DNA of 64,000 bases from Alphaproteobacteria bacterium (GTDB lineage: Bacteria; Pseudomonadota; Alphaproteobacteria; SP197): the NCBI GenBank assembly GCA_964291265.2, contig OZ219747.1:2144001-2208000 (forward strand), read 5' to 3'. The translations under genes and the position numbers were made by a program. Of this stretch, positions 42,431 to 51,697 are shown in pieces (the stretch's first letter is position 1; each line of letters starts with the position of its first letter). The notes under the pieces are model-generated. The model was given only the letters and a program-made list of their open reading frames with translations, was not told where the DNA came from and ran no database searches.

Positions 42431-43141
42431 ATGGACGGAAAGACGATCGTCATCGTGGATGACCGGAAAAGCATCCTCGCGGCGTATGGTGAGCTGTTTC
42501 GCAACGAGGGCTACAATGTCCATTGTTATTCCAGCGGCGTGGATCTGATCAACCGGCTGGCGACGCTGGAAGTCGACCTCGTCCTCCTCGACATCGATCT
42601 GGGTCCCGGTCTTGCCGGCTGGCAGGTGCAGGATGTTCTGGCCCGCGAACACCCCGGACTGCGCGTCATCTTCATGACGGCTGTCGCTCTTGACGATGCC
42701 GATGAGGCGCGCGGACTGGAGGCGGGCGCCGCCGACTACGTCCGGAAGGGGAGCGATCCCCGGATCCTGCTTGCACGGGTCCGACGGGAGCTTTCAGACC
42801 GCGGGGGAACGGCGGTACCGGAGACCGGCGACGGCAGGATCATGGCAGGCGACCTCGTCCTCGACGCGTTGTGCCTGTCATGTTCCTGGAAGGGCCGGGA
42901 GGTTCCGCTCACGGTCTCGGAATTCCGCATTCTCCATGAGATGGCCGGATCGCCTGGCCGTGTGAAGTCCCGTGACACGCTTCTTGCGGCGGCAGGGAAC
43001 GAGGAGGATGCGGCTACCGAGCGGGCGGCGGACAGCCACATCAAGCGCATACGTCGCAAGCTTCGCGGTGTCGATGCCGCTTTCGCCGGAATCAGGACTC
43101 ACAGCGGCGCCGGCTATTCCTGGCGTTGTGACGGCCCATGA
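42431..43141 (+). CDS. chvI: OmpR-family response regulator, ChvI-like
   Basis: Receiver DD/D/T/K residues; LTVSEF...PGRVKSR...DSHIKRIRRK; divergent from pckA. Confidence 0.78.
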   Translation: MDGKTIVIVDDRKSILAAYGELFRNEGYNVHCYSSGVDLINRLATLEVDLVLLDIDLGPGLAGWQVQDVLAREHPGLRVIFMTAVALDDADEARGLEAGAADYVRKGSDPRILLARVRRELSDRGGTAVPETGDGRIMAGDLVLDALCLSCSWKGREVPLTVSEFRILHEMAGSPGRVKSRDTLLAAAGNEEDAATERAADSHIKRIRRKLRGVDAAFAGIRTHSGAGYSWRCDGP

Positions 43142-44864
43142 GACCAGGGAAGGAAGAGGCTTCCCCGGAATGCTCGTCCGGAAGATTCTTGCCATCAATC
43201 TCGTGCCGCTCGCTCTCTTCCTGGTGGCTCTCTATCTGATTCACGACATCAGGCCCAACCTCGTCATGGCGAAGGTGGAGTCTCTCTCCGCACGTGGCCG
43301 CCTGATTGCCCTTTCCATAGAGAACTCCGCCGTTATGGAGGATCTTGAAACCATCAATCCGGCACGGCTCGACATACCCGACCGGGTGGGGTTCTTTCCC
43401 GCCTCCCAGCTGGGTTACGCCTGGCCCCCGGCCGGCCTGTCGCCCCTCGAGGCAAGAAGGCGGCTGGTTCGCAGCTGGACGGAACATCTCGGCACCCTGA
43501 CGCCTGCAGCAGACCTTGACATCCGGCTTGTCGATCCCCTGACAGGAGAGGATCTCGTCGGTGATTCCCGGGAGTCGGTCGAGATCGAGGCCATGGCTGA
43601 GGGCGGGACATGGCAGATGCCGTCATGGCGCGCCATTCTCGATGACTGGTTCGTGTTCTCAGGAGAGCAATCCGCCGTGGCGGTGGAAGGGTCGGAGGGC
43701 CTTGTCGGCGAAGCGGCGCGGGGCAATGCCTCATGGACGGTTGTCGGGGGAGGCACGAACGACATGGAGTTCGTGGTGGCCGTTCCGGTGAGAAAGAAGC
43801 TCTACCGGACCGTCGTCGGAGTGCTCGTCCTCTCCGCGAAGCCCAGTGATGACGAACTCGACCTGTTGCGCCGTCAGGAAGTGATCATGCTGATGGCGCT
43901 CGTCGCCTTCGCGCTGACGGCCGGACTGTCCGTCTGGCTTGCCCGTGTCATCACCCGGCCCCTGGTGGAACTCGCCGATGCGGCCACGGACGTGCGCCGG
44001 GGCCGCAAGGGGTCACGGGACATTCCCGATCATCGCGCCGGAGACGACGAGATCGGCAGGCTCGCGGAAGCGCTCATCATGATGACGGGATCGCTCGAAC
44101 GGCGAGTCGAGGATGGAAAGGAGATAGCACGCAATTCCGCCCACGAGATACGCAACGCCGTGACCGGAATGGGCGGTGCGCTCATGATCCTGGGGAACAA
44201 CGACGCGGCGGCGAAGGAGAAGATGGTCGCACTGGCGCTGGCGGAAGCCGGACGCCTCGAACGGCTGGCTGATGACATGCAGGACCTCTCCAGGCTCGAT
44301 GACCTGCTGGTGCGGACTCCGACGACGCTTGTCGATGTCGCCCGCCTGCTCAACCTGCACGCGGACCCCGACGTGTGGCTGGAGCGCCACGGCGTCACCG
44401 TGAGGCACGGTCCGGGGCTTGTCGAAGCGGCGAAAGGACGCTGCTGCCTGGTGGACGGCCTGGAAGACCGCCTGGTTCAGGTGGTGCTCAACCTGCTCAC
44501 CAACGCCGTTTCATTCAGCCCGCCAGGCGGTGTCATTACGGTAGATTGTTGCCGGAGAGGAGGGTGGGTCACTCTCTCCGTCACCGACCGGGGGCCGGGT
44601 ATTCCGCAAGGGACCGAAGAGAGGATCTTTGCCTGGCTGGAGCAGTGCCGGGATCCGGCGGCGGATGACGACCACTCGGGCATCGGCCTGACGATTTCGC
44701 GCCAGATCGTCCATGCCTTCGGCGGCGAGATCTGCGCCCGCAATGTCGGTCACGACCCCGATCATCCCGAGGGTGCGTGCTTCACGGTCCGGCTGCCTGC
44801 GGCATCGAGGCGGCGGAGGTGGTTGCGCGATGCCCTGGGGCTTCCGGGAGACCGGGGCGTCTGA
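43128..44864 (+). CDS. chvG: Sensor histidine kinase, ChvG-like (diverged)
   Basis: Two TM segments, HAMP (DEIGRL), H-box AHEIRN, NAVSFSP, DRGPGI, HSGIGLTISRQIV; start uncertain (43128 or 43170). Confidence 0.72.
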   Translation: MTAHETREGRGFPGMLVRKILAINLVPLALFLVALYLIHDIRPNLVMAKVESLSARGRLIALSIENSAVMEDLETINPARLDIPDRVGFFPASQLGYAWPPAGLSPLEARRRLVRSWTEHLGTLTPAADLDIRLVDPLTGEDLVGDSRESVEIEAMAEGGTWQMPSWRAILDDWFVFSGEQSAVAVEGSEGLVGEAARGNASWTVVGGGTNDMEFVVAVPVRKKLYRTVVGVLVLSAKPSDDELDLLRRQEVIMLMALVAFALTAGLSVWLARVITRPLVELADAATDVRRGRKGSRDIPDHRAGDDEIGRLAEALIMMTGSLERRVEDGKEIARNSAHEIRNAVTGMGGALMILGNNDAAAKEKMVALALAEAGRLERLADDMQDLSRLDDLLVRTPTTLVDVARLLNLHADPDVWLERHGVTVRHGPGLVEAAKGRCCLVDGLEDRLVQVVLNLLTNAVSFSPPGGVITVDCCRRGGWVTLSVTDRGPGIPQGTEERIFAWLEQCRDPAADDDHSGIGLTISRQIVHAFGGEICARNVGHDPDHPEGACFTVRLPAASRRRRWLRDALGLPGDRGV

Positions 44865-44966
44865 CTTCAGGCGATGCCGTACCGGTTCGTCCTGGCTTCG
44901 AAGGCCCACGGCGGCCGTCCGCTAGGCTCGAAACTGCCTCGGTGCGTTTCGTCGTCGGCGCGCGCC

Positions 44967-45839
44967 TCAGCCCGATGCCAGGTAGGAGTCGATCCACGGC
45001 GAACGGGTTCCGTCCGCGGTCCAGAGGATCGGAAAGTAGTTGTCGTCCATGACGGGGTTGTCGTCAAGGCGCATGTAGCGGCCATACATCGGGCCCGTGC
45101 CGTGCGCGATGTTGCGGGGAACGAAACAGGCCGCGGACGACAGGCAGTGGACGACAAGAGAGCGCCTCGCGGTGCCGCCGTGATTGGCGTTGGAACCGTG
45201 CCAGGTGTTGCCGTGATGAAAGGACCCGCCACCCTTCTTCACGACGACGGGAACCACGTCCGGCTCGTCGATACCCTGGGCCGCCGCCGCTTCCCGCATC
45301 TCCTTCATGTAGTCTTCCGGTCCGTGAAACTGCTCGATGGGTGCCGCAAGCAACCACCTGTGGGAACCTCTGACCAGCTCCATGGTTCCGGCATCGGCCG
45401 AGGTGTCATCGAGAGCGATCCAGCAGCTGATCATTTCGCTGGGGTCGATCCAGTCGAGATAGGCACTGTCCTGATGCATGCCCAGGGGACGGGTGCCGAC
45501 AGGCTTCCACAGGACGTTGTCGACCTTGACACGGGCTCCGGGCCATCCTCCTAGCGTGGCGCAGGCCCGACCGATATCCTCCCTCAGGACCGTTTCGGCG
45601 ACCGTCCTGTCACCCTTCCAGCCGTTGCAGATCTGGCGTGTCAGGCTCGGGTCGCTGACACCTTCCTGCCAGTTGACCTCGTCCGGGCGGATGCCGGTCT
45701 CGAATTCTCCGCGGAACATCCTCTCGTAACGTGCCTTGATCCTCTCGGCGGTTTCGTCGTCGATCAGGTTGTCGACAAGGACGAATCCGTCGCGATGGAA
45801 GGTCTCGATTTCGCGATCCGTCAGTTCGAATGTGCTCAT
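44967..45839 (-). CDS. Phytanoyl-CoA dioxygenase (PhyH) family 2OG-Fe(II) oxygenase
   Basis: FHRDGF, HQD, WIALDD and HGSNAN...RR motifs; ATGA-coupled to the GS-like gene. Confidence 0.92.
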   Translation of the reverse strand: MSTFELTDREIETFHRDGFVLVDNLIDDETAERIKARYERMFRGEFETGIRPDEVNWQEGVSDPSLTRQICNGWKGDRTVAETVLREDIGRACATLGGWPGARVKVDNVLWKPVGTRPLGMHQDSAYLDWIDPSEMISCWIALDDTSADAGTMELVRGSHRWLLAAPIEQFHGPEDYMKEMREAAAAQGIDEPDVVPVVVKKGGGSFHHGNTWHGSNANHGGTARRSLVVHCLSSAACFVPRNIAHGTGPMYGRYMRLDDNPVMDDNYFPILWTADGTRSPWIDSYLASG

Positions 45840-47311
45840 GGCAGGCAGTCCAGGTAGGTGTTCATGTCCCAGTCGCTGACTTCGGCATTGAACCGGTCCC
45901 ACTCGTCGCGCTTGTATTCATCATAGATCTCGTAGAGCCGTCCGGGAAGCGCGGAGCGCACCACCTCATCGGCCGCGAGCGCGTCCAGTGCTTCACCGAA
46001 GTAGCGCGGCAGGCGCTGAACGATCTTTCCGGCCTCCATGGCCTCGTAGATGTTGCGCTGCTCGGGTTCGCCGGGATCGAGCTGGCGGGTGATGCCGTCA
46101 TCCATCGCCTTCAGAAGGGCCGCAGCCATGAGATAGGGGTTGACCATGGAATCGACTGCCCTGTACTCGAACCGGCCCGGAGCCGACACCCTGAGCGCCG
46201 TTGTCCGGTTCTGATAGCCCCAGTCGGCGTAGATGGGCGCCCACAGACCGAGATCGAGCATGCGCCGGTAGGAGTTGACGGTGGAGGAGCCGATGGCCGT
46301 GAGCGCGGGAAGGTGTTCCATGACGCCGCCGATGGCATGAAGGCCGAGGGGGCCCGGCATCCAGTCGTTCGGGTCGTCGATGAAGACATTGGTGCCCCCC
46401 TTGCGGTGCATGTAGACGTCGTCGACACCGGGCCGCGGATCGCCGACATGGCAGACCATGGAGTCGTCGCCCCCTCTCCACAGGGACATGTTGTGATGGC
46501 ACCCGTTCCCTGACACGCCCATGGACGGTTTTGACATGAAACAGGCGATGAGACCTTCTTCGCGGGCGACCTGGGCGCAGATCTGTCGGTAGGTTGTCAG
46601 CCGGTCGCAGGTTCTCAAGGCGTCGTCGAACATGAAGTTGACTTCGAGCTGGCCCGGCGCGTCCTCGTGATCACCCTGAATCATGTCGAGACCCATCGCC
46701 TGACCATACGAGATGATCCTGGCGTAGACGCGCGACAGTTCCTCGAACTGGTCGATGTGGTAGGCGAGTGGCTTGGTCGGCCCGCCGTCGGGCCGGCCGT
46801 CTTCACCGCGCCTGAGCCAGGCCATTTCCGGTTCACAGCCATGCCGAAGGTGGAGTCCGTCATGGTCGGCCATGAACTGCTGGTGGACGCGCCGCAGGTT
46901 GCCGCGGCAGTCTTCCTCCATGAAGGCTCCCGGATTGTCTCTCTCCTCGCGGGCATGGAACACCGTGCAGTAGACGCGCGCGGCTTCCCTGTTCCACGGC
47001 AACTGGCAGAACGTTTCGGGATCTGGGATCGCCAGCAGTTCATGGGCATTGGCGGGAAATCCGAGGAGGTTTCCCGAGCGGTCGGGGAGGACATTGGTAA
47101 GACCGCCGTACCACGTCTGGATTCCCCTGGCCGCCATGGATTCCCAGTGCGGCGACGGCACGGCCTTGCCCATGATGCGCCCGGTGATCGAGATGTACTG
47201 ATAGTAGATGTAGCGCACATCCATTGCGTCGATCTTGGCCCGCACCTCCCGGATTCGCTCGTCGCGTCCAGTGGCCCCGACATGGCGTTCAATGTCCGTG
47301 GTCATCTCCAT
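45836..47311 (-). CDS. Glutamine synthetase family protein (likely gamma-glutamyl-amine ligase)
   Basis: GCEPE, DHEDAPGQLE, FMSKP...GNGCHHN, NSYRR, NRT and FEYRAVD...NPYL motifs. Confidence 0.9.
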   Translation of the reverse strand: MEMTTDIERHVGATGRDERIREVRAKIDAMDVRYIYYQYISITGRIMGKAVPSPHWESMAARGIQTWYGGLTNVLPDRSGNLLGFPANAHELLAIPDPETFCQLPWNREAARVYCTVFHAREERDNPGAFMEEDCRGNLRRVHQQFMADHDGLHLRHGCEPEMAWLRRGEDGRPDGGPTKPLAYHIDQFEELSRVYARIISYGQAMGLDMIQGDHEDAPGQLEVNFMFDDALRTCDRLTTYRQICAQVAREEGLIACFMSKPSMGVSGNGCHHNMSLWRGGDDSMVCHVGDPRPGVDDVYMHRKGGTNVFIDDPNDWMPGPLGLHAIGGVMEHLPALTAIGSSTVNSYRRMLDLGLWAPIYADWGYQNRTTALRVSAPGRFEYRAVDSMVNPYLMAAALLKAMDDGITRQLDPGEPEQRNIYEAMEAGKIVQRLPRYFGEALDALAADEVVRSALPGRLYEIYDEYKRDEWDRFNAEVSDWDMNTYLDCLP

Positions 47312-47524
47312 CGTTCCCCATCACTCATGACGGCTGGCTCCGTGACTTCCCCGCACCTATGGCGCTGATCAACTGATACAAGGCACTTCATTCCTCTCAT
47401 TTCTGCAAGGCCGGAAGAAAAGGCGATGCCTTCCTTTCCCCAGGGCCGCAGAACACCGGAGGACACACGGCCACACTACATATCGTCTGGAACCGGGTCG
47501 ATACGCTCAAGCGGGGGAAGGTCA

Positions 47525-47905
47525 TCCCTGGACGTGCGCGATACCGAACCGAAGGGCCTTGGCATCCGCATCATGCCCTCGGGCGCCAGGCGCCACGTCA
47601 TTCACTCCCGGCAACAAGGGCCGGAGAACCTGGATGCCCTTCGCCGATGCCGGCCCGTGACCGTGGCGCAGGCGTGTCAACGGCTGGCGGCGTACAGGAA
47701 TGGAGACCCTGCGGACCCCGGGGTCGGGAAGGAAGCACTCCTCGAGACCGCCGCACGGGAAGTCCTTGTCCACTGCGAACGGCACCGGAAATCCGGCACC
47801 TTCAAGGCCAGGCAAATCCTGCCCTTCTTCGCCGGCCGCATGATCAGCGCCATCACAAGTCAGGGCATTGCAGCATGGTTCCGGTCTCTCCGCGCAACGC
47901 CGCCG
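47525..47905 (+). pseudogene. Tyrosine integrase remnant (arm-binding N-terminus)
   Basis: RDTEPKGLGIRIMPSG...; ILPFFAGRMISAIT...IAAWF; no catalytic domain seen. Confidence 0.55.
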
Positions 47906-48023
47906 GCGGCAAGAGGACAGACCGGCAGCCACGCCCATCAAGGCTCGCCGATCAGGGGGGGCAACCCGCCGGGCCCGGCAAGGACAGTGCGCAACTCGTT
48001 CCGGCTGTGGAGACGACTTCACC

Positions 48024-48055
48024 TTGCAGCTGGATGGAAAGTGCATAGGATATCC
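48024..48055 (+). promoter_or_regulatory. Possible TA promoter with palindromic operator
   Basis: TTGCAG-N16-TAGGAT overlapping the GGATATCC palindrome, ~30 bp before the antitoxin start. Confidence 0.3.
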
Positions 48056-48086
48056 GCAAGAACCTGTCTATTGCCGGAGTCTATCC

Positions 48087-48317
48087 ATGCGGATCTCGAA
48101 ATGGGGCAACAGCCTGGCGGTGCGGCTGCCCAAAGCACTGGTGAACGATCTGGACCTGAAGGCAGGCGATTGTGTGGAGATTGTGTCCGCTGATCGTGCA
48201 CGCCTCGCGATTGCCAGGGACGAAAGCAGCCTGCGCGCCATAGAACGGATGCGCGCTCGCGCCCTGCCCATCCCTGCCGACTACGCCTTCGACCGGGACG
48301 AGGCCAATGCCCGATGA
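48087..48317 (+). CDS. AbrB/MazE-type antitoxin
   Basis: MRISKWGNSLAVRLPK; C-terminal FDRDEANAR; ATGA overlap with the toxin. Confidence 0.93.
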   Translation: MRISKWGNSLAVRLPKALVNDLDLKAGDCVEIVSADRARLAIARDESSLRAIERMRARALPIPADYAFDRDEANAR

Positions 48318-48715
48318 CGACATTCTTCGACACCAACGTTCTTGTCTATGCTCAGGGACCGGGCGCAAAGGGCGACGCTGCGCGCCGGGCGCTCATCGAT
48401 GGCGGCGTCATCAGTGTGCAGGTGCTGAACGAGTTCACCAACGTCTTGTGGCGGAAATTCCGGCTGGATTGGGAAAGCGTTGCAGAGGCGGTCGCGGATG
48501 TGCGCGAGTTGTTCGAGTCGATTCGACCTCTCGGTATCGAGACGCATGAAGCCGCCGTTGCACTGGCCGCGGCGCACGGCTTCAGCTTCTACGACTCGCT
48601 GATCGTCGCCTCGGCCCTGCAGGCAGGGTGCGAAACGCTCTTCACGGAAGACTTCCAGGACGGCCGTCGGGTCGACAGTCTCCTTATCGTCAATCCGTTT
48701 GCCCAGGTGGCATGA
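48314..48715 (+). CDS. PIN-domain (VapC-like) toxin
   Basis: FFDTNVLVY, SVQVLNE, SFYDSLI and LFTED motifs. Confidence 0.93.
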   Translation: MTTFFDTNVLVYAQGPGAKGDAARRALIDGGVISVQVLNEFTNVLWRKFRLDWESVAEAVADVRELFESIRPLGIETHEAAVALAAAHGFSFYDSLIVASALQAGCETLFTEDFQDGRRVDSLLIVNPFAQVA

Positions 48716-48880
48716 CCCCTCAGTTCATCCTCGCCCCCGCCCGAACCCTGCAGCGTCGATCCCCGGATGCGATGACCGACAGGGCCGGAAAGGGAGCCGG
48801 CGGACCTCGTTCTAATCCCTGGACACCGCAACGGCTCCGGGTTCGGCCGGTCCGACATCCAGGGGCGCTGCCAGCAGGTT

Positions 48881-49146
48881 GAGACGTCCTGACCTCGTGA
48901 GCTGACTTGATCAGTCCGTCCCCACTTTTTCCCAGCACAATGAACGATTTGCCTGGTGTTGTGCTTGACAGCACAGTCGTGTTGCGGTCCAATACAATAT
49001 AATGCTGGTTATGGGATGATCCCGGCCTTGGACACGCTCGCGATGCACCCGCCTGAAGCCCTCCTGATCAGAACCGCGTGCTTCTCCCTTGCCGACATAG
49101 ACGGACCGATCGTCTCCTTCTCGAACTTGGTGCCCTTCGACTGCCA
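48881..49146 (+). mobile_element. Diverged left-end remnant (copy 3) of the 754-aa IS
   Basis: gAGACGTCCTGACCTC IR plus degenerate DTLAMHPPEA...PFDC coding start. Confidence 0.85.
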
Positions 49147-50006
49147 GACAACGCACGCAAACTCCGCCCAGAAGCATCACTCTGATTTGGAAACATCGAA
49201 GCCGATGTCAGGACATCTGAGGTTGAGAAGAACGCTGTGCCGTTGTTGTGCGCACCCGGCGACCACTCGAGAGCTGCGGCAGATGGATCAGGTCGTGAAC
49301 CGCAAGCGCCTAGGTGAACCGCCAGTCGACCCGCGCCGCCGTGTCTTCACCCGGCCGATGGTATCATCGCTCCGTTTGAGGCGGATCCGGCTCGCCTGGC
49401 AGGCCTTGCTCGCCGAAGTTCGAGCGTCGGCCCGCGGGGCTGCGCGCCACATGCGCCTTGGCGCCGAAGGCCCTGCAGGTCCTTACTGACGACCTCCGCC
49501 GTGTCATGGGCTCTGTCCGCTCAGGCGCTTCATCAGCGCACCGTCCCCCGGATGACTCTCGATACAGACAGGGTGCGGTGGCATCAACGCAATCAACGCC
49601 TGGCTCGGATCCGTCGTCGCCTTCGACCTCTCCTCACATGCGAGAAGGCAACTTGCAGGCTCACGCGCCTGTGCTGTCAAGCTTCCAAGGGATCAACAAC
49701 CCGCCGAACCCAGGACGGCGCCACCGCGACCAATGCCAGCACATAACTCGGATGTGGCGGCATACCCGGGCAGTGACGAATGAATGACCATCCATGATCT
49801 CGTGGAATGTCTGCGCATACCGCCTGCGGAGCCAGATATCGGCCCGATACCCATGTCGTTGTGGTCGCTCTCGTCCTTCGATGAGCCCGGCATGTCCCCG
49901 GATGTCACAATCCGTCGAGGAAATCCTGATCAAGACAACGGGGATACGAGAGACCATTGAACGTGTTGCGGTTGACAGGAGTGGCAAGACACAGCCCCTG
50001 ATCCTG

Positions 50007-50630
50007 CTACACGACCTCGAGGTAGCGTTCCCGCTCACTGGCGCTGACATGGCGGCGCATGCGCGCATCCTCGTGGAAACGCGTTGCCACGAAATGATCG
50101 ATGAAGGTGTCGCCGAAGAGACTGCGCGCCGCATGGCTCGCATGGAGGCGTTCCGCAGCCTCGGCGAGGCTGCGCGCAAGACGCGGAACGCCGCCTGGCG
50201 TGTCATCGGGTCCGCCCTCCGTGATGGGCATCGGCAGGGCCATGTCCCTCTCGATACCGTGAAGTGCCGCGCCAAGGGTCGCCGCAATGGCAAGGTAGGG
50301 GTTGGTGTCGGCGCCCGGAAGACGGAATTCGATGCGCGCCCGATCTGCCGGTGCGGGCACGGCCCGCACCGCCGCGGCATAGTTCTCGACAGCCCAGGTC
50401 GCCGTCTTCGGCGCCCAGTTTCCAGGCGCCAGGCGGCGGTATGCGTTGACGGTATGGGCCACCAGGGCGGTGAGGTCGCCGGTGAGTCCCACCACGCCGG
50501 CGACGGCCTGGCGCATGGTCGTGCTCATGGCATCCCTTGCTCCGGCGTCGTGGAACAGGGGCTGGCCGGTGGCGCTGTCGGCGAGCGAGAGGTGAACGTG
50601 TCCCGAGAGTCCGGGATGGAAGGCGCCAAA
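50007..50630 (-). pseudogene. Glutamine synthetase family gene, C-terminal part (IS-interrupted)
   Basis: GAFHPGLSGHVHLSL, NAYRRLAPGNWAP and RIEFRLPGADTNPYL; joins the 55435-56142 part in frame. Confidence 0.9.
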
Positions 50631-51697
50631 CTCAGACGTCCTGACCTCAGTGAGTTGACTTGATCAGTCCGGCCCTCTTTTTTCCAACACAATGAACGCT
50701 TTTCCCAGTTTTTTGCTTGACACCATAGCCGTGGGGCGATCCAATATGATATGACGCCTATATTGGAGCATTCCAGGCCATGAACACGCTCGCAATGCAC
50801 CCTGCCGAAGCCGTCCAGATCGGAACCTCGTGCTTCTCCCTTGCCGACCTCGACGGACAGACCGTCTACTTCTCGAACATGGAGCCCTTCGACTGCCACG
50901 ACGAGGGCGACCGGCCGGCCATGCTGCTGCGGATCGCGAGGTTCGCCAGGCACGGCGTTCCTCAAAGAGACCTGCAGGCGGCCTTCGACGTGAGCCGCGC
51001 GACCGTGCAGCGGGCGGTGAGGAAGCTCCGGGACAGGGGTGAAGCGAGCTTCTACGAGCCACGCAAGGGCCGTGGTCTCAGCGTGATCACAGGCGAGACG
51101 GCAGCCGCGGCGAACCGTCTCCTGGCCGAGGGCATGAACGCCGCGGCACTGGCCCGGGAACTGGGGATCGCGAGATCGACGGCGTACTACAACCTCAGCA
51201 ACGGCTTCATCGGCGGCGGAGAGCGGCCGCAGGCGGCGCAAGTCGACGAGGCCACGCGATGCCCGGACGATCTTCTCGGCCGAGGCGAGCGGGACCGTCG
51301 CGACAGGGTCGCGCCGATGGGGCGCGGCGCGCGCGACAGCGCCGGGCGCGTCGCGGCTTCGACGGGAGCCATGAGCGAAGCGCCTCCGCACTTCGACGAG
51401 CCGCTCTCGGCGGTCGCCGGCGGCGGCGTCCTGGCGGCGCTGCCGGCGCTGCTGAAGGAGGGTCTCCTGGAGCACGCGGACAGGTTCCTGTCGCTGCCGA
51501 AAGGGTACTACGGGCTGACGAGCGTGCTTCTCATGCTCGCCTTCCTGTTCATGGCCCGGATCCGCAACCCCGAGGCGCTGCGCCACGAGGCGCCCGGGGA
51601 ACGGGGCGCGGTCCTGGGGCTCGACCGCTGCCCGGAGGTCAAGACGCTGCGGCGCAAGATCAGGGCGCTCGCGAGCGACCCGCAGCGGGTCCGGGAC

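Noticed and set aside
49250-49560. Possible IS256-like transposase fragment (AWQALLAEVRA)
   Set aside because: Too short and degenerate to support without a search.
49560-50000. Lower-GC segment as a gene or ncRNA
   Set aside because: No convincing frame, motif or structure could be recognised by eye.
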